The notes under the pieces are model-generated. The model had not been told where the DNA came from, made no database searches, and worked only from the letters and a program-made list of their open reading frames with translations. A DNA stretch of 43,424 nucleotides from a virus (lineage: Duplodnaviria > Caudoviricetes). The stretch is from positions 1-43,424 of the IMG/VR virus record IMGVR_UViG_3300011335_000213; one strand, 5' to 3'. The translations under genes and the position numbers were made by a program. This document shows positions 24,121 to 33,772 of the stretch, piece after piece (within the stretch, counting starts at the first letter, position 1; every line of letters starts with the position of its first letter).

Positions 24121-25476
24121 ATGGCTGAAGAAGATACACTAGACACGTTTGTTGCTCCGCGTTACCGCAAGCAGCGGGCAACACCAAGCTCTAAAGAAAC
24201 CAAAGCAAAAGTAGCTGAAGCAGCACAATTTGCTGCAGACATGGTCATTCCTCAGACGCCAATGGATGCAGGCTTGATGCTGATACCTGGTGGCAAGATT
24301 GCTCGTAAAGCCGGTGCTGCACTAATGGCTTTGGATGCTGGTGATGCTGAAGCTAGTCCATTGACCAAACTACTTAAAGCTTTTTATGGTGCTCGTAAAC
24401 CTATTGAGGGAATATACGACGTAGAAAAAGCATCTGATCGTAGCATTATGGGCAAAGGACTTAATGTGTCCACTGACCCATCTTATCCTTCTAAATGGGC
24501 AATGCGGCCAGGCAGCGAAGCTTCTGTTGTTTACGAGACAGGTATACCCATAGAAAAATATATTCAGCTCGATGCAACTTATCCACCAGAAGCTTTTGGT
24601 GTTCTTCGCAAAATTCGTGGTCGCAATCCTTTGCCTGAAGGTGAAGTTACAGGTGAACAGGTTTATCAGTCCTTACGAGGATTGCCGCAAACATTGATAC
24701 CTGACACAGTGCTTAAATCAGGTTACAAAGGCGTAGAGTATCCTGCTCAAGATAGCGGGCGTTGGTTCTCAATCTACGACACTGAAGGCGTTAAAGATCG
24801 TTTAGGTAAAAAGTTTGCAGCAGGCGGCAGCGTGTCAATCTACAATCCTGACAAAATCGATGCAATCATGAATAGCATTGATGCACCGACAGGTTTTGCC
24901 AAAGGCGGTGAAGTAGATGTTCCTGATATGGATTTTAAAGAAGACCCAGAAACATTGCGTCTTTACAAACATGCAATGAAGCAGTTCATGCCTAACCAAG
25001 AATATTCTGTTTCTACTGTTAGCACAGGCATACAAGGTCGTGTTGGAGGCGGCGATCTAAGTGCCGGTATTGACATGAACCGTATGTCTAAAGGCCAGCA
25101 AGACCAACTAATGAAGAGCATTGCTGCCAGCTACAATGTCGACTTAGGCGACTTAAACTTAAACGCCAGGTTAGAAGCTCCGCTTGATGCAAAAGACGTT
25201 TATGTCGGGATGCTTAATGGGTCAATACCAATTGGAGAAGGCCGTGCAATGCTTGGCGTGCAAGGTATCAAGACGCCTTATGGCAGTGACGTGCTAGGCT
25301 ACAACGCAGGATATTCTGGCAAAGTAGGGCCTGGCAGATTAAACGTCAATGTAAACAAACCAAAACAAGGCAAACCTTCAGCTCAAATGCAGTATCAAAT
25401 TCCTTTTGCAGAAGGCGGCAGCGTCACAGCGTACGATCCTGACCAAGTAGATGCAATCGCTAACCAGTACATGTGA
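24121..25476 (+). CDS. Modular protein: degenerate ADP-ribosyltransferase-like region plus beta-rich region, punctuated by FAxGG motifs
   Basis: 451 aa. FYGA...MGKGLNVSTDP...VYE...GYKGVEY resembles polyvalent-protein ART domains; FAAGG, FAKGG and FAEGG delimit segments. Confidence 0.5.
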   Translation: MAEEDTLDTFVAPRYRKQRATPSSKETKAKVAEAAQFAADMVIPQTPMDAGLMLIPGGKIARKAGAALMALDAGDAEASPLTKLLKAFYGARKPIEGIYDVEKASDRSIMGKGLNVSTDPSYPSKWAMRPGSEASVVYETGIPIEKYIQLDATYPPEAFGVLRKIRGRNPLPEGEVTGEQVYQSLRGLPQTLIPDTVLKSGYKGVEYPAQDSGRWFSIYDTEGVKDRLGKKFAAGGSVSIYNPDKIDAIMNSIDAPTGFAKGGEVDVPDMDFKEDPETLRLYKHAMKQFMPNQEYSVSTVSTGIQGRVGGGDLSAGIDMNRMSKGQQDQLMKSIAASYNVDLGDLNLNARLEAPLDAKDVYVGMLNGSIPIGEGRAMLGVQGIKTPYGSDVLGYNAGYSGKVGPGRLNVNVNKPKQGKPSAQMQYQIPFAEGGSVTAYDPDQVDAIANQYM

Positions 25477-25484
25477 GGTAAAGA

Positions 25485-27977
25485 ATGGCAACTAAAAGAT
25501 TACAAGACGATTTGCCTGAAGGCGAGAGCGTTGAACTTGAAGATGTTGACAACGAAGTTGAAGACACAGAGGACGGTGGTGTTATTCTGCGTGAGAAGAA
25601 CGATACAGACCACGCTACCAAGCTTGCACACTTTTCCAATATTGTCGATGAAGTAGATCAAGACATGCTGAAAACTGCCATCAATGACTTGATGGAAAAG
25701 ATTGGCAATGACAAAGAAGCACGCGAGAAGCGTGACAAACAGTATGAAGAAGGTTTGCGCCGCACAGGCTTAGGCGATGATGCCCCTGGTGGTGCTCAGT
25801 TTACAGGCGCAAACAAGGTCGTTCACCCAATGCTTGTTGAAGCCTGCGTAGACTTCTCTGCACGCTTCATGAAAGAAGTGTTCCCGCCAAATGGTCCTGT
25901 CAAAAGCAAAATCTTAGGCGAACGTGACAAGTCCAAGATCCAAAAGGCTGAGCGTAAAGCTGAGTTCATGAACTGGCAAACGACTGAACAGATGGTTGAG
26001 TTTCGTGGTGAGTTAGAACAGCTTAGTACGCAACTGCCACTTGGTGGCGGTCAATACATGAAGTTCATGTGGAACCCACTGCATAGAAGGCCTAACTCAG
26101 AGTTCATTGCAATCGATGACGTTTACTTGCCATTTGCAGCAACTAACTTCTACACAGCTGAGCGCAAAACTCATGTGCAGTACATCACCAAGTTTGAGTA
26201 CACAAGGCGCGTTAAGTCAGGCATGTATCTTGACGTAGACTTAGGCATTCCTGATGACCCTGAGTTCAGCAAGTCAACCCAGGCCAATGATAAGATCGAA
26301 GGCCGTAAAGACTTAAGCTACAACGAAGATGGTCTGCGTACTATCTACGAAGTCTACACGTACCTTGATTTTGGCGATGGACCTGAGCCATACATCTTAA
26401 GCATTGACAAGTCAACTGACAAAGGTTTAGGTTTGTACCGTAACTGGGAACCTGATGATGAACGTCAACTTGAGCTTGACTGGATTGTAGAGTTCCCATT
26501 TGTGCCATGGCGTGGTGCTTACCCGATCGGCTTAACTCACATGATTGGCGGCCTTAGCGGTGCAGCTACAGGAGCATTACGTGCATTGCTAGACTCAGCT
26601 CACATCCAGAACGTGCCTACGCTGCTTAAGCTTAAAGGCGGGCCTGGCGGCCAGACCTTAAACGTCCAACCGACTGAAGTAGTTGAGATGGAAGGCGGTG
26701 CATTGATCGATGATGTCCGCAAACTTGCCATGCCTCTGCCATTTAACGGTCCAAGCCCTACTTTGTTCCAACTTTTAGGCTTTTTGGTCGATGCAGGCAA
26801 GGGAGTTGTGCAAACTTCGTTCGAAAAGCTGTCTGATCAGAATCCGAACATGCCTGTCGGTACTACCATGGCTCTTATTGAGCAAGGCATGGTGGTATTT
26901 AGCTCAATTCATAGCCGCTTGCATGGCTCAATGGCTCGTTGTTTCAAGATTTTGCACCGCATCAATAGTGCTTACTTGACAATCGAGGATATTGAAGCTC
27001 AATCACAAGGTTTGGAGATTGATCCTTCGGACTTTGATGGTCCGATGGACATTATCCCTGTCAGCGACCCTGCAATCTTTAGTGAAACTCAGCGTTTTGC
27101 GCAAACTCAAGCCATCATGCAGCGTGCAACCGCAATGCCGCAGATGTACGATGCGCGTAAAGTTGAGGAGATGTTCCTTCGCAACATGAAGATGCCTGCA
27201 AATGAGGTGTTGCAGCCCTTGCCAGGCAGCGAAGACATGGACCCTGTGTCAGAAAACGTTGCTGCAGCAATGGGCCGACCTCTTTACGTGTTGCCATCGC
27301 AAGACCATATGGCACACTTAATGACGCACCTCCCATTCCTCAAATCTCCCTTGTTTGGCTCAAACCCTGCTATCGTAAAGACTTATTTGTACCCAATGGC
27401 TACTCATCTGCGTGACCACTTGCTTAATTACTACCTTGTTGAAGCCCATAACGCTGTTGACAAGGCACAAACAGAGAAATTGATACCTGAAGAAGCAGAA
27501 GACCAGGTCAAAATTATCTTAGAAGTACAAAAGTTCATTGAGAACCAGCTTGCAAGCTTTGCTCAAGAGCTTGCACAAATTGACCAAGCTGCTCAGCAGT
27601 TTAAACCTCAACCACCGATGCCGCCTGACCGCACCATGGAAGTTGCGCAGCTCAATGCACAAGTCCAAGGTCAAGCAATGCAGCAACGTATGCAGGTTGA
27701 TCAAGCTAAATTGCAGATTGAGCAGCAGAAGATGCAGTCGCAGCAACAACTTGAAGCGGCTAAGCTGCAAGCACAACAGCAAGAGCTTGGACAGCGCACA
27801 CAGGCTGAGCAACTTAAACAACAAGCCGAGAATGAACGCACAGCTGCTGAATTAGAAACCAGAGAGCGTATAAACACGGCTGACAATGACACGGCAAAGC
27901 TTCTTGCAGCTGCTGAAATGGCAACAGGCGAAAAGGTTGCAGTGAGTACTGGTACAGGCATTAATCCAAACCCTTAA
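25485..27977 (+). CDS. Portal protein
   Basis: 830 aa after the terminase; HPMLVEACVDF, GTTMALIEQG; long Gln-rich coiled-coil C-terminus as in P22-like portals. Confidence 0.9.
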   Translation: MATKRLQDDLPEGESVELEDVDNEVEDTEDGGVILREKNDTDHATKLAHFSNIVDEVDQDMLKTAINDLMEKIGNDKEAREKRDKQYEEGLRRTGLGDDAPGGAQFTGANKVVHPMLVEACVDFSARFMKEVFPPNGPVKSKILGERDKSKIQKAERKAEFMNWQTTEQMVEFRGELEQLSTQLPLGGGQYMKFMWNPLHRRPNSEFIAIDDVYLPFAATNFYTAERKTHVQYITKFEYTRRVKSGMYLDVDLGIPDDPEFSKSTQANDKIEGRKDLSYNEDGLRTIYEVYTYLDFGDGPEPYILSIDKSTDKGLGLYRNWEPDDERQLELDWIVEFPFVPWRGAYPIGLTHMIGGLSGAATGALRALLDSAHIQNVPTLLKLKGGPGGQTLNVQPTEVVEMEGGALIDDVRKLAMPLPFNGPSPTLFQLLGFLVDAGKGVVQTSFEKLSDQNPNMPVGTTMALIEQGMVVFSSIHSRLHGSMARCFKILHRINSAYLTIEDIEAQSQGLEIDPSDFDGPMDIIPVSDPAIFSETQRFAQTQAIMQRATAMPQMYDARKVEEMFLRNMKMPANEVLQPLPGSEDMDPVSENVAAAMGRPLYVLPSQDHMAHLMTHLPFLKSPLFGSNPAIVKTYLYPMATHLRDHLLNYYLVEAHNAVDKAQTEKLIPEEAEDQVKIILEVQKFIENQLASFAQELAQIDQAAQQFKPQPPMPPDRTMEVAQLNAQVQGQAMQQRMQVDQAKLQIEQQKMQSQQQLEAAKLQAQQQELGQRTQAEQLKQQAENERTAAELETRERINTADNDTAKLLAAAEMATGEKVAVSTGTGINPNP

Positions 27978-27987
27978 GGAGATAACT

Positions 27988-28125
27988 ATGAGCGATACAC
28001 CAAAAACAGGCACAGTCCCAATGACAGGTGCATTTGTAAAACAAAAACACCGTCTTGCAGCAGGCGAAAAGCTAAATGGTCAAACATTGCCAGCAGCCCC
28101 GGCAACGCCTAAGACGCCTGCATGA
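27988..28125 (+). CDS. Small hypothetical protein (45 aa)
   Basis: TAAGGAG RBS; MSDTPKTGTVPM...QKHRLAAGEKL...; ATGA overlap. Confidence 0.7.
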   Translation: MSDTPKTGTVPMTGAFVKQKHRLAAGEKLNGQTLPAAPATPKTPA

Positions 28126-28319
28126 ACATTGAGTCACAACTTTTGAATCGCCTTAAGGCAGAACAGCAATCATTTGCTATTGAAGCCTTGAAGCGTCCTC
28201 AGACTCGCGATACTTTCGAGTACGGGTATCGCGTTGGAATGGTTGCCGGTTATGAGGCGTCAATCAACGTACTATTGAAACTTCTAGACGAGGAGAAAAA
28301 CTTTGACAATGACCTATGA
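28122..28319 (+). CDS. Hypothetical protein
   Basis: 65 aa between portal and GroES, coupled on both sides. Confidence 0.75.
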   Translation: MNIESQLLNRLKAEQQSFAIEALKRPQTRDTFEYGYRVGMVAGYEASINVLLKLLDEEKNFDNDL

Positions 28320-28716
28320 GGACGCAATGGCGGAGGCTTTTCCAGCAGTAGATGCTGGCATTCAGCCTTTCGGAAGCCGTGTTCTGATTCAGATCCGTAC
28401 ACCGAAAAAGAAATCAGCTGGTGGCATCATCATTGACATACATGGTTCTAATGAAACAGAAAAGTGGAACACCCAGATTGGCAAAGTAATTGCCCTTGGC
28501 CCACTTGCGTTTAAGAACCGTAATGACATGAAGCCGTGGCCAGAAGGTGACTGGTGCAAAGCAGGCGAACATGTTCGCGTAGCTAAGTATGGTGGCGACC
28601 GTTGGGAAGTAAAGATTCCTAACACAGACGCATCTGCAATGTTTGTTATTTTCAACGACTTGGATATTATTGGGCAGGTAACTGGCGACCCTTTAGCAAT
28701 CCGAGCATTCATCTGA
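28303..28716 (+). CDS. GroES-like co-chaperonin
   Basis: QPFGSRVLI...KSAGGII...GKVIALGP...GEHV...KYGG...ND.DI. Confidence 0.88.
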   Translation: MTMTYEDAMAEAFPAVDAGIQPFGSRVLIQIRTPKKKSAGGIIIDIHGSNETEKWNTQIGKVIALGPLAFKNRNDMKPWPEGDWCKAGEHVRVAKYGGDRWEVKIPNTDASAMFVIFNDLDIIGQVTGDPLAIRAFI

Positions 28717-28729
28717 AGGGAGATGAGTT

Positions 28730-29686
28730 ATGGCTGAAGTTCTAAAAGAAGATGATGACGAAAAAGGCAGTAACGAAGAAATAGTTATTGTTGAAGATAA
28801 AAAAGATTTGACTGATCATGAAGATGATCATGAAGAACAAGAAGATGAACGCACCGCCTCATCTGATACAGAAGAAGATGACGGCAATGACCCTGAGCGA
28901 GCTGCAATTAGAGAAAGACGTAGACTTGAAAAAGTTGAGCGCAAAGACAGACGAGATCAAGCCATCAAGCGTGATAAACTTGAACTTGACTTCTTACGCA
29001 AACGCAATGATGATCTTGAGCGCAGAGTATCTGCTCAAGAGCAACGCTCGCATCAAGTAGACTTAGGCAGTTACGATCAAGCAATTGCTTCTGCTGCCAA
29101 TGAAGTTGAAATGGCAGAACGAGTTATTGCTAAAGCAGTAGAAGCAGGCAATGGCTCTGATGTTGCTCAAGCTATGCGCTATCGTGATCAAGCAATGCAA
29201 AAAGCGCAGCAGCTTCAGTTTGCTAAGCAGCAAGCAGCGCAGCAGAAACCACAGCCTCAAGGCCAGCAGATTGATGACATGACCATGCATTATGCAAAAG
29301 AGTTCATGTCTGAGAATCCATGGTATGACTCTCAAGGCCGTGATGAAGACTCTGCCATTGTGATTGCCATTGACCAAGCTTTGGCCAAAGACGGGTTTAA
29401 TTCCCAGACAGAAGAGTACTGGGATGAACTCCGCAAACGCACTGCTAGGCGTTTGCCTGAGAAGTTTAAGAACCAACGCCAACCGGCTAAGGAAGAAAGA
29501 ACTCCTCGTGGCGGGCCTGTCGTAGGTTCAGGCCGTGAGCATGCACCGGCATCAACACGCAAAGAGATCTATCTCAGCCCTGAACGTAAACAAGCTTTGA
29601 TTGACGCCGGAGTATGGGATGATCCTATTTTGCGTATGAAGTACGCCAAACGGTATTCCGAATACGATCGTGCCAATAAGGCATAA
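28730..29686 (+). CDS. Putative capsid scaffolding protein
   Basis: Acidic N-terminus, coiled coil, NPWY motif; upstream of the capsid genes. Confidence 0.7.
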   Translation: MAEVLKEDDDEKGSNEEIVIVEDKKDLTDHEDDHEEQEDERTASSDTEEDDGNDPERAAIRERRRLEKVERKDRRDQAIKRDKLELDFLRKRNDDLERRVSAQEQRSHQVDLGSYDQAIASAANEVEMAERVIAKAVEAGNGSDVAQAMRYRDQAMQKAQQLQFAKQQAAQQKPQPQGQQIDDMTMHYAKEFMSENPWYDSQGRDEDSAIVIAIDQALAKDGFNSQTEEYWDELRKRTARRLPEKFKNQRQPAKEERTPRGGPVVGSGREHAPASTRKEIYLSPERKQALIDAGVWDDPILRMKYAKRYSEYDRANKA

Positions 29687-29734
29687 TGATTTTTAGTTTA
29701 TAATTGATTCCAATCGCTGAAAGGAGCGAGTATT

Positions 29735-30265
29735 ATGACAGACGAACGCTTGAAAAAATCCGCAGGTGAAGGTCGTGAGAGTCGTGCGATGATAGATCGT
29801 GCAATCACACAAAACCGAGAGGTGACCGAAGACGAGCGGGTTGAAATGTTCCGTCAGCAGTTTTTTCAGTCCTCTTTACCGGACTTACCAAAACTTTCCG
29901 GCTGGCACATGTGCTGGCTAACCACGACTAACCCTCGTGACTCGATCCATATGCGGATTCGACTGGGCTATGAACCAGTAAAGTCAGAAGATGTTCCTGG
30001 CTGGGAATACGCAACCCTTAAAACCGGTGATTGGGCAGGGCTCATTGGGGTGAATGAGATGTTGGCTTTTAAGCTGCCCATTTCTCTTTATGAGAAATAC
30101 ATGAAAGAGGCGCATCACGATGCACCTTTACGTGAAGAAGAAAAACTGACGGACACGGCAGATTTTCTTGAGCAGCAAGCGCGTTCATCTAAGTCGCGGA
30201 TTACACAAGGCGATGGTAACCTGGAAATAGGGCAAAAAAGGGAAGCTCAATTCGATCTTTCCTGA
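29735..30265 (+). CDS. Conserved head-cluster protein
   Basis: 176 aa, AAGGAG RBS, RLGYEPV motif. Confidence 0.75.
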   Translation: MTDERLKKSAGEGRESRAMIDRAITQNREVTEDERVEMFRQQFFQSSLPDLPKLSGWHMCWLTTTNPRDSIHMRIRLGYEPVKSEDVPGWEYATLKTGDWAGLIGVNEMLAFKLPISLYEKYMKEAHHDAPLREEEKLTDTADFLEQQARSSKSRITQGDGNLEIGQKREAQFDLS

Positions 30266-30296
30266 CGCAACCTTTTAATCCACTTAGGAGCAACCT

Positions 30297-30896
30297 ATGT
30301 CTTCGACTAGCGCACCATTTGGCTTTAGAGCGAGTTTCCACAACAGTGGTCAAATTCGACCTAAAGCTTACACAATCGCCAGTGCTTATGCAGCTAACAT
30401 TTTTAGCGGTGACCCCGTTAAATTGGTAGATGCCGGCACTGTGCAACTCGGCACATCTGATGGTACCCGTTCAGGTACTGTTGATGGTATTTTGCTACTT
30501 GGCATTTTTGCCGGTTGCGAATACAATGATTCTACTGGCAAACCAACAATTTCTCCATTCTGGCCAAGCGGTACAACCGGCACAAACATCGTTGCTTATG
30601 TATATGATGATCCAGAAACATTGTTTAATGCTCAGTACACTAATCCAGGCACTCCTGGCACCACAACAATGCAAACTGCTGTTGGTGAAGAAATGGACTG
30701 GGTTGTGGCTTCACCTGGAGGTTCTACCTCAACAGGTTTGTCAACCACACAAATCGGCGTCATTCAAGCCACTTCTGGTCAATTCCAGATGACCGGCTTT
30801 GCTGGCGATATCAATGATTCTCTGACAGACGCATATATTGTAGTCAATGTTCGTATCAACGAGCACATCTACAAAGCTGCCGTCAACTCAATCTAA
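30297..30896 (+). CDS. Putative capsid decoration / minor capsid protein
   Basis: APFGFR...IFSGDPV...GIFAGCEY...VYDDP; Thr/Gly-rich; directly before the MCP. Confidence 0.7.
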   Translation: MSSTSAPFGFRASFHNSGQIRPKAYTIASAYAANIFSGDPVKLVDAGTVQLGTSDGTRSGTVDGILLLGIFAGCEYNDSTGKPTISPFWPSGTTGTNIVAYVYDDPETLFNAQYTNPGTPGTTTMQTAVGEEMDWVVASPGGSTSTGLSTTQIGVIQATSGQFQMTGFAGDINDSLTDAYIVVNVRINEHIYKAAVNSI

Positions 30897-30909
30897 GGAG
30901 GGTTAAAAA

Positions 30910-31824
30910 ATGGCTACCCCAATGCGAAGTACGGACTTTAGATCCGTAGTTGAACCTATCCTTAACGAAGTGTTTGACGGTGTGTACGACCAACGTGCAG
31001 ATGAATGGAAGATGGTTTTCCGTGAGCAAAAAGGCATTCCACGCAACTACCATGAAGAACCTGTTCTTTATGGTTTTGGCGCAGCGCCTGAATTGCCTGA
31101 CGGTATGGCTGTTACTTACCAATCAGGCGGCGTGTTGTTCTTGCAACGTTACCTTTACAAAGTCTACGGCCTGGCATTCAGCTTGACCAAAGTCTTGGTA
31201 GAAGACGGAGACCACATCCGTATCGGTCAAACCTATGCCAAACACTTGGCACAGTCTTTGATTGAGACTAAGGAAACTTTGTCAGCTAACGTTTTGAACC
31301 GTGCATTTAACAGTGCGTATGTTGGTGGTGATGGCGTATCGCTGATCAGCACTGCACACCCTATTGTTAGCGGCACATTCAGCAACCAGCTAAGCACGGC
31401 TGCTAACTTGTCACAAACTTCACTTGAGCAGTTGCTCATCCAAATCCGCAACGCCGTTGACAACAACGGCAAGCGTATTCGTTTGACACCTGAGAAGATT
31501 GTTGCAGGCCCTTCTAACGTGTTCCAAGCTGAAGTTTTGCTGAAAAGCGTTTTGCGTACAGGTACAGCTGATAACGACATCAACCCAGTTAAGTCTATGG
31601 GCTTGCTGGCTGATGGCCAAGCTAACTTGTCACGTATCACCTCTTCTACCGCATGGTGGATTCAGACTGATGCACCAGAAGGCTTGAAGCTGTTGATGCG
31701 TCGTGGCTTGGAGAAGTCTATGGAAGGTGACTTCGAGACTGACTCTATGCGCTACAAAGCTACTGAACGATACACTGTGGGTTGGACTGACCCACGCGGC
31801 TTGTACGGTACAGCTGGCGTGTAA
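30910..31824 (+). CDS. Major capsid protein (Mu gpT-like, HK97 fold)
   Basis: 304 aa, strong RBS; ANVLNRAF..GGDGVSL....HP, DFETD..RYKATERY..GW.DPRG.YG. Confidence 0.92.
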   Translation: MATPMRSTDFRSVVEPILNEVFDGVYDQRADEWKMVFREQKGIPRNYHEEPVLYGFGAAPELPDGMAVTYQSGGVLFLQRYLYKVYGLAFSLTKVLVEDGDHIRIGQTYAKHLAQSLIETKETLSANVLNRAFNSAYVGGDGVSLISTAHPIVSGTFSNQLSTAANLSQTSLEQLLIQIRNAVDNNGKRIRLTPEKIVAGPSNVFQAEVLLKSVLRTGTADNDINPVKSMGLLADGQANLSRITSSTAWWIQTDAPEGLKLLMRRGLEKSMEGDFETDSMRYKATERYTVGWTDPRGLYGTAGV

Positions 31825-31831
31825 GTAGAAT

Positions 31832-31864
31832 ACCCTGTCAGACACAATCTGGCAGGGTTTTTTT
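31832..31864 (+). terminator. Rho-independent terminator after the MCP
   Basis: ACCCTGTCAGA-CACAA-TCTGGCAGGGT followed by a T-run. Confidence 0.85.
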
Positions 31865-31940
31865 CTGGGATTTCCCGGCGTATCTGACAGTGCCCAGCTG
31901 ACGTCATGCAGACAGATACCCACAAACTCGCATGAGAGGA
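31865..31940 (+). ncRNA. Structured RNA downstream of the gpT-like capsid gene (candidate Mu-gpT-DE-type motif)
   Basis: Three interleaved pairings: CTGGG 31865-69 / CCCAG 31893-97; GTATCTG 31880-86 / CAGATAC 31913-19; TCATGC 31904-09 / GCATGA 31930-35. Confidence 0.6.
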
Positions 31941-31947
31941 ATTTAAA

Positions 31948-32421
31948 ATGGCTTCTACTACCTTTTCCGGCCCAGTAACGTCCACGAATGGCTTTATTGG
32001 TGCTTTGACCGGCAATGTAACAGGCAATGTAACAGGCAATGTTGCAGGAACTGGCCGCATAACGCACGCCACAACAGCAGCAATCAATGCTACTGCAACA
32101 GCAACGGCAGCACAAGTTGCTACTGGTTACATCACTTCTACTTCTGCAGCAGCAACAGCAATCACATTGCCAACAGGCACTTTGCTTGGCGCAGCAATTG
32201 GTGCCACTCAGGGTACAGTTTTTGACTTGTATGTTGACAACACCGCAGGCGCAAGCACAGTAACAATAGTTGTTGCAGTTAACGGTATTTTGTCTACCGC
32301 TGCAGCTGACACAGCAGGTAGCTTTGGTGACTTGACCATTGCTTCTGGTGTGACAGGTTTGGCTCGCTTTACCCTCATGTTCTCTAGCGCAACGGCTTAC
32401 GTGTTCACACGTACTGCCTAA
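31948..32421 (+). CDS. Putative virion structural (head fibre/decoration) protein
   Basis: MASTTFSGPV start, Ala/Thr-rich, GNVT x3 encoded by a 12-bp tandem repeat. Confidence 0.7.
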   Translation: MASTTFSGPVTSTNGFIGALTGNVTGNVTGNVAGTGRITHATTAAINATATATAAQVATGYITSTSAAATAITLPTGTLLGAAIGATQGTVFDLYVDNTAGASTVTIVVAVNGILSTAAADTAGSFGDLTIASGVTGLARFTLMFSSATAYVFTRTA

Positions 32422-32426
32422 TATTT

Positions 32427-32451
32427 ATCCAGGGCTTGTCCCTGGATTTTT
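32427..32451 (+). terminator. Probable terminator
   Basis: ATCCAGGG-CTTGT-CCCTGGAT followed by TTTT. Confidence 0.7.
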
Positions 32452-32474
32452 AAACCAACGCTTAGGAGATAAAC

Positions 32475-32885
32475 ATGGCAGATGCAGTAACCTCGCAAAC
32501 GATCCTTGACGGTGAGCGCTTGTTCATTGCCAAGTTTACTAACATTTCAGACGGCACGGGTGAAACCGCCGTTACCAAAATTGATGTGGCAACGCTTGCT
32601 CCAAATTCTTTTAATTTGGCTTGCAATGGTGTAAAGCTGAACAAGATTTATGGAACAACGCATGGTCAAGAGGTACGCATTCTTTGGGATGCTACTACTG
32701 ACCAGTTTGCATGGCAAATTCCACAAAATTCAAATTACTTGATGGATTTCTCATCATTTGGCGGTATTCCTAATAATGCCGGTGCAGGTAAAACAGGCAA
32801 TGTGCTGTTCACTACTACGGACTTTAGTTCAGGCGACATGTACACTATTGTGCTTGAATGCACAAAAACCTACGCATCTGCTTAA
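32475..32885 (+). CDS. Conserved putative structural protein
   Basis: 136 aa, AGGAG RBS, beta-rich. Confidence 0.75.
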   Translation: MADAVTSQTILDGERLFIAKFTNISDGTGETAVTKIDVATLAPNSFNLACNGVKLNKIYGTTHGQEVRILWDATTDQFAWQIPQNSNYLMDFSSFGGIPNNAGAGKTGNVLFTTTDFSSGDMYTIVLECTKTYASA

Positions 32886-32899
32886 GACAGGAATTCACA

Positions 32900-33145
32900 A
32901 TGACTGAAGACGCTATCAAAACTGCCAGGGAATTAGCTACTCATGCGTCTGACATTAAGCACTTGCAAGATGACATGGACAAAATGCTGGAAAGCATGAA
33001 GATCATGCAAGCAACTTTGACTGCGATTGACAAAACCTTGTCTGAAGCCAAGGGTGGTTGGAAAATGCTAATGTTAGTTGGAGGAGCAGGTGGCGCTGTT
33101 GGATCTTTTCTGACTTATCTAGCTAATTGGTTGCCATCAAAGTAA
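32900..33145 (+). CDS. Coiled-coil protein with C-terminal transmembrane helix
   Basis: MTEDAIK... (AGGA RBS), ending [26 protein letters not shown]. Confidence 0.7.
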   Translation: MTEDAIKTARELATHASDIKHLQDDMDKMLESMKIMQATLTAIDKTLSEAKGGWKMLMLVGGAGGAVGSFLTYLANWLPSK

Positions 33146-33152
33146 ACATATT

Positions 33153-33314
33153 ATGCCAAGCAAATCCCCAGCACAACATCGTTTGATGGAAGCTGCTGCC
33201 CATACAAAGGGCGGCTATGGCGGTGTTCCTCAAAAAGTCGGCAAAGAATTTGTCAAAGCCGATAAGGTCAAACAATTAGCAAAAACCTCAACAAAACGTG
33301 GGAGCAAATCATGA
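33153..33314 (+). CDS. Small basic protein (53 aa)
   Basis: [38 protein letters not shown]...; ATGA overlap. Confidence 0.7.
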   Translation: MPSKSPAQHRLMEAAAHTKGGYGGVPQKVGKEFVKADKVKQLAKTSTKRGSKS

Positions 33315-33772
33315 CAGTTGGAAAAGTTAAAGATTTTGATTTTAAATCAGGCAAAATGACTAAAGGTTTTGCCATGGGTGGTAGTGCAAAGCCAGGTCAA
33401 AATGTTCAAATGGCTAAATCTAATGCTGTTCAAAAAACTTTAGTTGGTCAGAAAATGACTCCCATGGCTAAAGGCGGTAAAGTCATGGAAAAAGCCACGG
33501 GTGAAAGCTATCCTAGCCGTAGAGCTATGGAAAAGCATGAGTCTATGGAAACTCCACGTATGCAGCGCAAAGAAGTCATGATGAGTGAAACAGTTAAAGC
33601 TCCATCAGCCCCTCAAGGGATGATCAGAAACCATGGTACTTTAGGCGTTATGGCCAATAAAAACCCAGGTGAGACACGCATGAATACTGCGCCTAATTTG
33701 CCTGGTGACAAAATGATGATGAAAAAAGGCGGCATGGCCATGAAAAAAGGCGGCATGGCCAAGAAGTGTTAA
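33311..33772 (+). CDS. Lys/Met-rich low-complexity protein with repeated xxKGG motifs
   Basis: FAMGG, MAKGG and MKKGG x2 (21-bp tandem duplication at 33719-33760). Confidence 0.75.
   Translation: MTVGKVKDFDFKSGKMTKGFAMGGSAKPGQNVQMAKSNAVQKTLVGQKMTPMAKGGKVMEKATGESYPSRRAMEKHESMETPRMQRKEVMMSETVKAPSAPQGMIRNHGTLGVMANKNPGETRMNTAPNLPGDKMMMKKGGMAMKKGGMAKKC

Noticed and set aside
31865-31940. Hammerhead ribozyme or tRNA
   Set aside because: CTGA is present but there is no CUGAnGA...GAAA core and no cloverleaf or T-loop. No tRNA was noticed anywhere in the window.
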